Positions 50,437 to 59,873 are shown, numbered from the stretch's first letter. The stretch: 64,000 nt of DNA from Candidatus Multivoradales bacterium (GCA_965223155.1 CBDCVR010000013.1:800001-864000); one strand, 5' to 3'. Notes: generated from the sequence alone by a model not told the origin. A program made the numbers and translations.

Positions 50437-51480
50437 TTACGAACCGGCCCGAGCCTCGACGGCCGCGCATACCGCATCCAGATCCGCGAGCCCTGAGCGG
50501 TAGCAGAGTCGCTCGACCGGCAGGCTCACGACCACCTGCGCCAGGGCGTCGAGCCGCGCCGGCGCCAGCCCCACGGCCTCCACCAGCCGGGCATGGAACG
50601 CGAAACGCAGGAGCTCGACTACGCCCTGCCGGCGAGAAAGCGGCTCGAACGCCACGCCATCGTCCTGCCATTCGCGGCGCGCCTCCGACTCGGCGGCGGC
50701 ATCGGCAACCCGATCCAGAACGAAGAGCGCATCCAGCAAGCCGCCCAGGGACCGGCGCTGCCAGCGCCCACGATCGCCCACCGCCAGGCGCCGCTTCGAG
50801 CCTCCGAAGGTCTCCCGCGGCAACTCATGGCGCTCCTCGCCCACGAAGTAGCCGGCGATCTCGTCGGCCAGCGTCAGCTCGGGCACGCCGGGTAGGTGCT
50901 CGACGGTCTCGTCTGCAGGCCGAACCGGTAGGACGTCGCCGGTGACGAGGGCATGCCCCCGAGCCAGGAGAGCCGCCGCAAGGGTGCTTTTTCCGGTACC
51001 GCTCGCGCCCAGAAAGCCGACCCGCCGGCCACTTCCGGCAAGTTCGACCGCCGCGGCGTGCAGGCAAAGCCAGCCTCCCATCTCGAGCCACAGCGGCAAA
51101 GCCGTACCCAGGAAATAGGCTTCGACGGCGTCGTCGCCGACGTTCTCCAGCCGGCGAACGGTCACGATCGAGTCCGGTCTACCGTACTCGTCCCAGGAAT
51201 AGCCGAGGTCAAGGAGACGCCCGACCCGCAGAATGCCTCCTGGGCCATCTTCTTCCCGAAACCGCCCGAACCGATAGTAGGGAGTACCGTCGGCCAGGCA
51301 CAGAGGACTCGTGTAGATCCAGTCCGCTTCCGGCCCATCCTCAAAGGGATCCCCGGGCTCGACCTCGCACAGCTCAAGGTCCGGGACCACGCCGCTGCCG
51401 GGCTCCAAGGGCGCAGCCGCTGCAAACGGAAGCGCAACGCTGTGCCCAAAGAGGCGGTACGCGAAGGGCCCTTTCGACAT
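50437..51480 (-). CDS. HPr-kinase-like P-loop kinase, cluster 2
   Basis: LHAAAV...GASGTGKSTLAAAL...LVTGD. Confidence 0.78.
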   Translation of the reverse strand: MSKGPFAYRLFGHSVALPFAAAAPLEPGSGVVPDLELCEVEPGDPFEDGPEADWIYTSPLCLADGTPYYRFGRFREEDGPGGILRVGRLLDLGYSWDEYGRPDSIVTVRRLENVGDDAVEAYFLGTALPLWLEMGGWLCLHAAAVELAGSGRRVGFLGASGTGKSTLAAALLARGHALVTGDVLPVRPADETVEHLPGVPELTLADEIAGYFVGEERHELPRETFGGSKRRLAVGDRGRWQRRSLGGLLDALFVLDRVADAAAESEARREWQDDGVAFEPLSRRQGVVELLRFAFHARLVEAVGLAPARLDALAQVVVSLPVERLCYRSGLADLDAVCAAVEARAGS

Positions 51481-51536
51481 CTGCGAAGCCTATCTCGGAA
51501 GCCTTGGTTCCTTCCGCCGAAGCGCCTAGAAACGGG

Positions 51537-53288
51537 CTAGAAGTGAGCCCGGAGCCAAAGCTCGAGGCAGATGGCGTTCCAGAAGGAGAAATCCCGATGT
51601 GCGCCGCGCCGAAATTCCTCCAGATGGCGCCGGAGCGGCGCGGGTTCCACAAATCCGAGGTCCGCAGCGCGCATGTCGTGGGTCAAGTAGACCAGTTTGT
51701 CCACCACCGCTTCAGCAAAGCCGACCCTGGCGAGCTCCACGAGACTGGTCTTGGGCGCAATCAGAACAGTCCGCGGCAGCCTCCCAGCGAGAGCCTGCCG
51801 TAAGACCCGCTTGTCTAAAGGGTGACGATAGAAGACATCGGTGGGAAGCTTCCAGGCAAATTCTTGGAGGCGTCGGTCCCAAAGCGGAAGGCGGACGTCG
51901 ACGCCCATCTTCCGCGCCATGGCGGTCACGTAGCCGAGATTCTCGATCTCGACCTGATTCGTGAGGCTTCGGTAGCGTCGCTCCCGGCTAGGCGCCAGAG
52001 CCGGTAGGGTCCGCGGCACCGCCCGCTCGGCGTCGACCCCATCGTGAAGCGATGGCGTCAGCCAAGGTAGCGGCCGCCACCGAGCGCGCTTCCACGGCCG
52101 GCCCATGCGGGACAACCAAGGGCGCAAGGCGAGGTGCCAAAATAGGAAGCCCACTCCTAGTTCGCGGCTCGCAGCTTCCTCCTCGAGCTCATCGGCCAAC
52201 CGAGCCCAGCGGCCCTCGGCAAGAAGCTCGGGATGGGCGCTTACCTGCCCGCCGAAGAGATTGTCGCCGCCCATCCCCAAGAACAGGCAACCCACCTCCT
52301 GAGCCGCCGCCGCCGCCACCAGGACATGAAGCCATTCGGGATAGGGCGTCATATGCGGCGAATCGGGCGAGGACGGCACCCGTTCCTCGGCCAGCGGCCA
52401 CAACTCACTGGCCTCGACCTGGTGATCTTCGAGGCCCAGCGCCCGGACCACCGCCGAGGCCTGGCGGCTTTCGTCCAGGTCCGGGAAGTCCGAGTACACA
52501 GCCCGGATGGCATGGACGGTACCGGTGGGCGCAACGCCACGAGTGGCGGCGGCCAGTGCGGTCGAATCCAACCCGCCACTCAGGGCGATACCGGGGGGGC
52601 CGACGTCAGGCAGGTAGGAAGCCACCACGTCCTCGAGCAGCTCCCAGAACTCGGAAGCCGCTTCGGATAACGACGTGGTCCGCACCGCGGCCTCCGGATC
52701 CAAGCACCAGTAGCGAGAGAGCGAACACCGCCCATCAGTCAATAGCGCCAGGGTCCCTGGCGCCAGCCTCCGAACTCCCGAGTAGAAGCTCGCTTGGGAG
52801 GCGCCGGGAAGGCCGGCGAGAAAAGTTGCCACCACGCAGGCATCGGGTACGACCCGACCGCACCACTCCGCCACACGCCGAGCGCTCGTACCGATCGCCC
52901 ACCCGGCACCGCCCTTGCCGGTAGCCCGAACCCGGGCCTCAGAAAGATACAAAGGGTGGGCGCCAGTTCGATCGGCGATCGCAAGCAGCCTGCGCGACCG
53001 AGCCTCCCAGACGACCAAGCTAGCCGAGCCCTCGAGCTGCCGCGCAGCACCTATGGGATCCCGATCCCGGAACAGATGCCCGACCAGATCGGACAATCCA
53101 ACCGCCCTTCCACCGCTGCCCGACTCGGAGTCCCTTCCGACGAAACTCCGGTTGGCGAGATGCCCTGAGTGATGGACGCGGACCGCCCCGTTACCGGGAC
53201 CGGTCGGGTCGATCACTAGCCGCCGTCCGCCACCACTTACGAGCCAGATTCCCTCGTCGTCCCAAACGACAAGCTCGGACGACGGCAA
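51537..53288 (-). CDS. Asparagine-synthetase-like lasso cyclase, cluster 2
   Basis: LSGGLDS PP-loop; GMGGDNLFGG; PLWDRRLQEF...KRVLRQAL; no N-terminal Cys; starts 10 nt after the precursor. Confidence 0.82.
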   Translation of the reverse strand: MPSSELVVWDDEGIWLVSGGGRRLVIDPTGPGNGAVRVHHSGHLANRSFVGRDSESGSGGRAVGLSDLVGHLFRDRDPIGAARQLEGSASLVVWEARSRRLLAIADRTGAHPLYLSEARVRATGKGGAGWAIGTSARRVAEWCGRVVPDACVVATFLAGLPGASQASFYSGVRRLAPGTLALLTDGRCSLSRYWCLDPEAAVRTTSLSEAASEFWELLEDVVASYLPDVGPPGIALSGGLDSTALAAATRGVAPTGTVHAIRAVYSDFPDLDESRQASAVVRALGLEDHQVEASELWPLAEERVPSSPDSPHMTPYPEWLHVLVAAAAAQEVGCLFLGMGGDNLFGGQVSAHPELLAEGRWARLADELEEEAASRELGVGFLFWHLALRPWLSRMGRPWKRARWRPLPWLTPSLHDGVDAERAVPRTLPALAPSRERRYRSLTNQVEIENLGYVTAMARKMGVDVRLPLWDRRLQEFAWKLPTDVFYRHPLDKRVLRQALAGRLPRTVLIAPKTSLVELARVGFAEAVVDKLVYLTHDMRAADLGFVEPAPLRRHLEEFRRGAHRDFSFWNAICLELWLRAHF

Positions 53289-53297
53289 GACCCGAAA

Positions 53298-53465
53298 CTA
53301 GGTACCGGAGGCCGGCGGGTCGGACCCAAGCCCGTCCGACGGAAGACCACCGCCACCGAGGGTGATGCGCCGGATGCTCCCGAAGCGCTCCAGCCTGGGC
53401 GGCGAGTACTCGCGACGCTTCCCGATAGAAGCCTCCCGCCGTACATCCGTTGATTTCATACCCAT
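53298..53465 (-). CDS. Lasso-type RiPP precursor A2; predicted core GGGGLPSDGLGSDPPASGT
   Basis: MGMKSTD...RREYSPPRLERFGSIRRITL|GGGGLPSDG...: YxxPxL, leader Gly, Thr(-2), Gly1, Asp8; lies between PqqD and cyclase genes. Confidence 0.88.
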   Translation of the reverse strand: MGMKSTDVRREASIGKRREYSPPRLERFGSIRRITLGGGGLPSDGLGSDPPASGT

Positions 53466-53550
53466 TTGCCGGCTTCTAGTGCGGAGGAGCGCCGCCGAAT
53501 TCGAGTCGAGCAACGATACACCGATCTGGCCTGATGTGCAAAGGAAACGA

Positions 53551-53844
53551 TCACAGCGGCTTCACTTCCAGAAGTCCCTGGTCGGCGAGCTCGGTGACCA
53601 AGGCGACAACGTCTCGCCGGAGGCGCTCCGCCGTCACGTCGTACTCTGCCATGGCGCTGCGCTCGACCTCCCCTACCGGCTGCCCGTCGGCCAACGCGTT
53701 CCACAGAAACGTCCCGACCTCATCCAGACCGAAGTACTGACCGGAACCCAGATGCAGCAGGACGGATTCGCCTCCGAGATCTCGAAACAGAACGTCATCC
53801 GGAACCCGGAAGCGGGTCTCGGGCGCGAGCAAGTCCTCAGCCAC
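53551..53844 (-). CDS. PqqD-family RiPP recognition element (lasso B1/E protein)
   Basis: VLFRDLGGESVLLHLGSGQYFGLDEVGTFLW...EYDV...DVVALVTELADQGLL; GTG 53844 inferred (ATG 53880 possible). Confidence 0.92.
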   Translation of the reverse strand: MAEDLLAPETRFRVPDDVLFRDLGGESVLLHLGSGQYFGLDEVGTFLWNALADGQPVGEVERSAMAEYDVTAERLRRDVVALVTELADQGLLEVKPL

Positions 53845-53888
53845 GCCGCCCTCGACAGCCGATCTGGTGGCCGCTAGCATCCCAATCT

Positions 53889-55031
53889 ATGGCTCCTAGA
53901 AAACAACGAGTCATGACCGCTCCCGGCTCTCCGCCGCCGAGAATGCCACATCCCGCGGCCTGGCTGGCAAATCTGGTCGTGTTCGGACTCGTGTTGGTCG
54001 TCTGGTGGGTCCAAGGCTCGAGCCCGCAGCTCTACTACCGGATGGTCCAGGAGGACGGCGCTCTGGAGTGGTCTACTTTCTGGGCCTTCTTGCTGGCAGG
54101 AATTGCCTTCGGATACTCCGCAGTCGCCGCAATCCGGAAAGAAAAGAAGCGCTCCGCGTCGCTGTTCCTCCGGCTGGACCTCTTGGTCGCGATCTTCTGC
54201 TTGTTCGTAGCGATGGAGGAGATCTCGTGGGGTCAGCGCCTCTTCGGCTACAGGCCGCCGGCCTACTTCTTGCGCGAGAACTTCCAGCAAGAGCTCAACG
54301 TCCACAACGTCCTTGGCACCGACCTTCGCAAGTTGGCGCTCAAGGCCGTCGTTCTCGGCTACGGAATCGTGCTGCCGGCACTCGGCGCCCTGCGTGCTCC
54401 GCGCCGGCTCACCCGGAAGCTCGGACTGACGATTCCACCAGCCGCCCTGATGCCGGCATTCCTGGCTACGTTCATGGTCTACCAAAGCTATCCCTGGAGG
54501 TTTTCGGGCGAGCTCGTCGAAGCGATGCTCGGACTGGGTTTTCTGGCGACGGCTTCCGTTGCCGTCCCGGAGTGGTCCGGAGTTCGAGCACTGGCCAGTG
54601 CCATGGCCTTGACGGCGATTCTGGGCCTGGCGTCGTTCGCCTATTCTAGCGTTAGCGGCAACGACGACCCGACCCGAGTCCAGGCTGCCGCCGCCGAGAT
54701 CGAAGCCCTGGCCACCGATTTCTCGCCCGGAGGGCTGCCCATCTCTCGATGCAGCGTTCATAAGCGGGTCTTTTCTTGGGCCGAGAAGTACGGAGCGGTC
54801 GAGCGGCTCCGTCGCGGCAGCTTCGCCTCGCTGATCAACCGGGGACTGCCGGAAGAGCGGGTTGAGTACTTCATCGACCCCTGGGACAGTTCGGTCTGGC
54901 TGCGGCACAAATGCGGACCCGGAACCGAGATCGCCTTCCTCTACTCATTCGGCCCGAATCGCCGCCGCGACTCCACCGAGTGGGAAATCCGCGGCGACGA
55001 CATTGGTACCGTCTTCTTCTCCCGTCCGTAA
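53889..55031 (+). CDS. Polytopic membrane protein with C-terminal GspG/pseudopilin-like head
   Basis: About 7 hydrophobic segments; EEISWGQRLFG...QELNVHN; tail DPWD...LYSFGPN...GDDI. Confidence 0.65.
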   Translation: MAPRKQRVMTAPGSPPPRMPHPAAWLANLVVFGLVLVVWWVQGSSPQLYYRMVQEDGALEWSTFWAFLLAGIAFGYSAVAAIRKEKKRSASLFLRLDLLVAIFCLFVAMEEISWGQRLFGYRPPAYFLRENFQQELNVHNVLGTDLRKLALKAVVLGYGIVLPALGALRAPRRLTRKLGLTIPPAALMPAFLATFMVYQSYPWRFSGELVEAMLGLGFLATASVAVPEWSGVRALASAMALTAILGLASFAYSSVSGNDDPTRVQAAAAEIEALATDFSPGGLPISRCSVHKRVFSWAEKYGAVERLRRGSFASLINRGLPEERVEYFIDPWDSSVWLRHKCGPGTEIAFLYSFGPNRRRDSTEWEIRGDDIGTVFFSRP

Positions 55032-55105
55032 CAGAGCGCCCGCCGCCTCGCCCTGAGAAAGCTTAGGCGCTTCGGCCTTGAAAGCGATCTCCTCGGCCAG
55101 CCCTA

Positions 55106-58100
55106 CTACAGCGAGCACAATGCGCCGCCGTGCTTGCTCGATCCCGAGAGAACCACGAAGTCACCGGAGATCAATCCCGGACCAATCGGCTGCGAGCAAC
55201 TCGTGTGGATCATCGTATTGAGGGCTCCCTCGACATAGAGTGTTATTTCGGTACCCAGCGTGCCACTGAAGCTCTTCTTTCCGGCAGCCGGACCGTAGAC
55301 CGTGAAGATGTCGCCCGGCTCGAGATAGCCCTCAAAGAGCACGTCGGTCGAGCCACCGCGCCGGCCGTCGACCCGCACGACGCCGGCCGTATCGCCAACG
55401 TACATCATGGTCAGGACGCTGACCTTGCCCTTGCACTCGCCGCAGTCCTGGTAGCCGAAGTCGAGGTCCAGCTGGTTCTCACCCGGTGCCAGGATGTAGG
55501 TCGTCTGGTTGTCGAGCGTTCCATCGAAGTCGTAGGTCGGGAAGAAGCCCGCCGGCAGTGTCGAGGTGTCGATCACGACGGTGTACTCGCCGCTGGGCAG
55601 AGTCTCGAACAGGTAGGAGCCGTCGCCCCCGGTGGTATCCGTCGCAATCTCATTGCCATCGGCATCCAGCAGCCGAACGACCACGCCGTTGATTCCCGGC
55701 TCAGCCGCATCCTGAACGCCGTCGCCGTCCAGATCCATCCAGACCCGGTCGCCGATCGAACCAACTTGCCGGTAGCCGAAATCGACGTCGTCACGGGTCT
55801 CGCCAGGCATGAGAGAAATCGTGGTCATGTGGTCGAGCGTGCCGTCCAGATCGAACGTCTGGGACGAGCCGCTCGGCAAGCCGTCGGGCACGACCACGAT
55901 TGTGTAGTCGCCCGTCGGCAGGTTCGAGAAGGTGTAGTTGCCATCTCCGGAGGTGACCTGCGTATCGATCACGTCTCCGGTCACAGGATCCACCAGCTGC
56001 ACGGTCACGCCGTTGATGCCCGGCTCGCCCGGATCCTGGACACCGTCGCCGTCCAGATCCTCCCAGACCCGGTCGCCGATCGAGCCCAGACGCTGGTAGC
56101 CGAAGTCGATGTCGTCACGATCCGACTCGAGGCCTCCCACGAAACCGATCGAAACGTCAGTGGAACCATCCAGGGTTCCGTCCTGCTCGAACGTCTGCAC
56201 CACGCCGCTGGGCAACGTCGTACCGTCGATCATGACGTTGTAGTCACCCGGGGGCAGCGACGTGAAGCTGTAGAAACCGTCGTCGTCGGTGGTCGTATCG
56301 GCCACGAAGTTGCCGTCACCGTCGTAGAGCACGACCCGGACGCCCGGGATCCCGGGCTCCCCGGCATCCTGCACGCCGTCACCGTTGTCGTCGTACCAGA
56401 CGTAGTCGCCGATCGAGCCCGGAGGCACCAGACCGAAGTCATACGTCAGGATGTTGGCATCGACCACCGTGTCGGTAATCGAGTTCGCCGTCGTGTAGCT
56501 GTACCCAGAGAGGGCTCCTTGGTCGATGTAGCCAAAGCTCTCGTCAACGACGTCGGCACCGGCGACCACCACGAGCCGCTCGTAGTCGAGGCCCGCCTGG
56601 GTCGTCCCGACAAGGCCGGCGAGGGCCGAGTTCATGTCGGTCAGCTCGACACCGTAGCCGGTCGAGCGCAGACCGCAGAACTGAATCACGCCGTCGGCGT
56701 CGGAGACGTCGCTCGCAAGGACATCGCCGCCACCCGAGGTCAGAGTCGCGGTAACCCCGGCGATGGGCGTGTCCGAACCGCCCGGAGCCGGCTCGTAGAG
56801 ACCATCGGCATCGGCGTCGTACCAGACCCGCTCACTGATGCAATAGCGCTCGGCAGGAGCCAGGGCCTGGTACCCAAAGTCCGCGGCGAGATAGACATCG
56901 CCCGCGGCCACGTTGATGTTCTGAGTCGGCCCCAACGGGGTCGTCAGGGTCAAGTCGGCAACCAGTCCGGCCGCGTCGATCACGACGACCGTGTAGCAGC
57001 CGGGAGCCAGGTCGCCGAAGAAGTACGAACCATCGGGCCCGGTCTTGGTCAGCGCCAGGCTCGTGCCCGGATCCGTGCAGTCCTCGAGACTCAAGGTCAC
57101 GCCGCCGATGCCGGCCTCTTCCGGCTCACGCACGCCGTTGCCGTTGTCGTCCAGCCAGACGAAGTCGCCGATCGCGGCCAGAGTCGGATCGATGGTGTAG
57201 CCGAAGTCCAGATCGTTAAAGGTCTCATCCGTGGTGATCGTGCGCGATACGCTGGGATTCGTGCCTCCGCTCAGCGTCAAACCGGACGGTAGCGTGCTCT
57301 CATCGACCTGGGTGCAGTACGTGTCGGCCGCCAAGTTGTCGAACCAGTAGAAACCGTCCGCATTCGTCTGCGTGGCCTCCTTCGACACCAAGCTGACGCA
57401 ATCCACCAGCCGCACCGTCACGTTGCTAAGTCCGGGTTCGCCACCGTCCTGGGCTCCGTCCCCATCCACATCTAGCCACACCCGGTCGCCCACCGCGCCC
57501 GTCGGAACCGGCGCGAAGTTCTCATCCGCTACCTCGACCGTGTAGGTCCCCGGCACCACGTCATAGAAGTACATGCCGTCGGCGTCGGTCACCCGCTGGC
57601 CGATAACGGTACCGCTCGAGTCGAAAATGTTGACCACCACGCCCGGAATCCCGTCTTCGCCCGGATCCTGGGTGCCGCTCTCATCCAGATCCAGCCAGAC
57701 CGTGTCGCCGATCAGGTAGGGATCCGGAGGACAGACGGGGGCGCCGTTGATCAGGCCGCAGGCGACCTGCTCGAAACGCCAGAAATTACTGTTGCTGAGA
57801 TCCAGTCCCCGCACCTCGACCTTCCACAGCCCGGAGGGCAGGAGCCCACCACCCGCGACCAGATGGTCGGGATTGTCGGCGGCGTCGGTCGAGATCAAGA
57901 ACTGCTCCCATTCCCGCTGCCCGGAGGGGTTGTCGTTGTCGTAGACGTTGGCGTTCGGGCCTCGCACCGCGTAGCGCACGCACGGGCTCCTGAGCACCAC
58001 AGGGTTAGTGCTGTCGTCCTCGGGGTTCCCCGCTCCCTGAGCGCCCTCTGCCACCGCGTCGGGCCCCGCGAAAGGCGGAATCCCCGAGCTGTTGAAATCG

Positions 58101-59059
58101 TCCGTGTCCGAGCAGGCCTCCGCAACGCCGGACGCCGTCAGGCTGTTGCCGTGATCGAAGTCCCCGTCCCAGATGCGAAGCGCCTGAATGTTGAACGGCA
58201 CGTCCAGAAAGAAGGCGTACATGCCGTCGTAGGTGGTCGGCGCGTTCTGGTGGTCGAACGGCACGCCCGGGTTGTTCAAGATGAACTCCGCCAGGGTCGG
58301 GTAGACGACGAGCTGCTCGTTGTTGCCGAGGCCGAAACCGCCCTCGAAACCGAACTGGGCGCTGAAGACCGCCAGCGGAACGTCCGCGAAGACCTTGTAG
58401 TTCGAAACACCTTCGCAGCCCGCCGGCGCGGGATCGACGTCACACTCGGGAGCGTCCTTCAGATCGATGACGACGTTGTAGAAGGCGGTGTCGCTTCCAG
58501 GCAGCGCGGCATCGGGGTTGCCGTCGCCGTCACCGTCGATCTCGACGAAAACGTCCCAGAAGTCGTTGTTGGGCATCCGCGCCGGACTCGCGGTCCAGAC
58601 ACCGGCCGGATCGGCCAGCGGATTGTCCTCGTTGCCGAACCACTCCCCGACCATGTCGGCGGGATTGGTATTGCCGATGCGCGTGGGATCCTCGAACATC
58701 CGGACCCGGATCGCCCGGGTGCCTTCGTCCCAATGGCCCTGGGTCGGAGCGAAACAGGTTGCGTCCACCGACGGCCAGTCCAGCACGCACGGATCGCCGG
58801 TGTCGCCATCGAACATCCGGAACAGAAACGTGCCGCCCGCCTTGTCGACCGGAACCGAGAGGCCGACCGAAGTGGTCTGGTCGCTGAGCCCGGCAAAACC
58901 CGAGACCGCGGACAGGAACTTGGCGTCGGTAACGTCCTCGCTCGGGAAAGCCGTAAACGGTCCCGCCGTGAGCTGGGCCGAGGCCGGAGCTACCGCCACT
59001 GCAATCAGCAGCGCGGTCGCCAGCGTGATCGAAAAACCCTTGTACATTCTCGTCGTCAT
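55106..59059 (-). CDS. Secreted SdrD-B-like repeat protein (1317 aa) with Cys-containing C-terminal domain
   Basis: Signal peptide ...APASAQ; 7 'GDxVWxDxDGDG' repeats; terminal CGECKGKV...IHTSCSQPIG...C domain. Confidence 0.85.
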   Translation of the reverse strand: MTTRMYKGFSITLATALLIAVAVAPASAQLTAGPFTAFPSEDVTDAKFLSAVSGFAGLSDQTTSVGLSVPVDKAGGTFLFRMFDGDTGDPCVLDWPSVDATCFAPTQGHWDEGTRAIRVRMFEDPTRIGNTNPADMVGEWFGNEDNPLADPAGVWTASPARMPNNDFWDVFVEIDGDGDGNPDAALPGSDTAFYNVVIDLKDAPECDVDPAPAGCEGVSNYKVFADVPLAVFSAQFGFEGGFGLGNNEQLVVYPTLAEFILNNPGVPFDHQNAPTTYDGMYAFFLDVPFNIQALRIWDGDFDHGNSLTASGVAEACSDTDDFNSSGIPPFAGPDAVAEGAQGAGNPEDDSTNPVVLRSPCVRYAVRGPNANVYDNDNPSGQREWEQFLISTDAADNPDHLVAGGGLLPSGLWKVEVRGLDLSNSNFWRFEQVACGLINGAPVCPPDPYLIGDTVWLDLDESGTQDPGEDGIPGVVVNIFDSSGTVIGQRVTDADGMYFYDVVPGTYTVEVADENFAPVPTGAVGDRVWLDVDGDGAQDGGEPGLSNVTVRLVDCVSLVSKEATQTNADGFYWFDNLAADTYCTQVDESTLPSGLTLSGGTNPSVSRTITTDETFNDLDFGYTIDPTLAAIGDFVWLDDNGNGVREPEEAGIGGVTLSLEDCTDPGTSLALTKTGPDGSYFFGDLAPGCYTVVVIDAAGLVADLTLTTPLGPTQNINVAAGDVYLAADFGYQALAPAERYCISERVWYDADADGLYEPAPGGSDTPIAGVTATLTSGGGDVLASDVSDADGVIQFCGLRSTGYGVELTDMNSALAGLVGTTQAGLDYERLVVVAGADVVDESFGYIDQGALSGYSYTTANSITDTVVDANILTYDFGLVPPGSIGDYVWYDDNGDGVQDAGEPGIPGVRVVLYDGDGNFVADTTTDDDGFYSFTSLPPGDYNVMIDGTTLPSGVVQTFEQDGTLDGSTDVSIGFVGGLESDRDDIDFGYQRLGSIGDRVWEDLDGDGVQDPGEPGINGVTVQLVDPVTGDVIDTQVTSGDGNYTFSNLPTGDYTIVVVPDGLPSGSSQTFDLDGTLDHMTTISLMPGETRDDVDFGYRQVGSIGDRVWMDLDGDGVQDAAEPGINGVVVRLLDADGNEIATDTTGGDGSYLFETLPSGEYTVVIDTSTLPAGFFPTYDFDGTLDNQTTYILAPGENQLDLDFGYQDCGECKGKVSVLTMMYVGDTAGVVRVDGRRGGSTDVLFEGYLEPGDIFTVYGPAAGKKSFSGTLGTEITLYVEGALNTMIHTSCSQPIGPGLISGDFVVLSGSSKHGGALCSL
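55771..56613. repeat. At least 843-bp near-identical direct repeat, copy A (copy B at 63158..64000)
   Basis: Constant offset of 7387 nt; only about 2 substitutions seen by eye. Confidence 0.92.
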
Positions 59060-59079
59060 CGTCCTGTCTCCCCGATCGA

Positions 59080-59304
59080 CTATGCCGTGTCGCGTTTCCG
59101 GCCGAGCGCGGACTCCGAAGTTGCGCTCTTGCCGCTGTCATCCAAGCCCGCAGTCAGGAGCTCGGCGATTCTCGAACCGTCGCCCATGAAGCGCTCTTCC
59201 CCGGTCCGCAGGTCCCGCAAGAAAAAGCGCGGCCCTTCCTCGGTCCCCGGTTCGCGCCAAACGCGAACCAGATAGGAGGTGCTTGCTTGGGGTGTCGTTT
59301 CCAT
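59080..59304 (-). CDS. Small hypothetical protein (74 aa, SYLVRVWRE motif)
   Basis: METTPQASTSYLVRVWREP...LRDLRTGEERF; ends 20 nt before the SdrD gene, whose GGAG RBS lies in the gap. Confidence 0.55.
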   Translation of the reverse strand: METTPQASTSYLVRVWREPGTEEGPRFFLRDLRTGEERFMGDGSRIAELLTAGLDDSGKSATSESALGRKRDTA

Positions 59305-59746
59305 CTCGGCGTTCTTTCTTCGATGCGTCAGTTGGTCATGCCACTGTCGGGGCCGAACTCGGTTCTTCATCGGATGCAAGCATGCCCGGAACGCGTCAGG
59401 GCAGCGTCAGGATTACATCGACATATCGAGATATGCGAACTGGCATTACAGAAATTTGCCGACCACCTCGGGCAGTCCGCCACTGGAAGCACCTTCCTTC
59501 GGCTGAGCTCCAGCTCGACGGCCAGGCGACCAGCGACAGCCGCCGCTTGGGCCAGGATCCAGGTACCCGACACCCAGTTTGCGGCCGCGCCACCCGTTCC
59601 GATCCGACAGCCGGACCAAAGGTCCAGGTCGAGGCGAGACCGCCGCGTCAGAAGTCGGCCAAGAGACGGCGTCGCCTTGCCACTGCCGATCCGGGGCCGC
59701 CGCGTTGCGGGCCACTACCTCAAGAACAGCCGCAACCGTCCTGCCC

Positions 59747-59869
59747 GCGGCACAAATGCGGGGCCGGAACCGAGCCTTCCTCTACTCAATCGGCCCGAAT
59801 CGCCGCCGCGACTCCACCGAATGGGAGATCCGCGGCGACGACATCGGTACCGTCTTCTCGCGCCCGAAG
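59747..59869 (+). pseudogene. Frameshifted remnant of the 3' end of the 53889..55031 membrane gene
   Basis: Aligns to 54902..55031 (AFLYSxGPNRRRDSTEWEIRGDDIGTVF) with a 4-bp deletion (gagATCGcc to gagcc) and a 3-bp deletion. Confidence 0.85.
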
Positions 59870-59873
59870 GCTG

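Noticed and set aside
53535-53555. Possible Crp box (TGTGC...TCACA) upstream of precursor A2
   Set aside because: The spacer is 11 nt rather than 6 and the left half-site is imperfect
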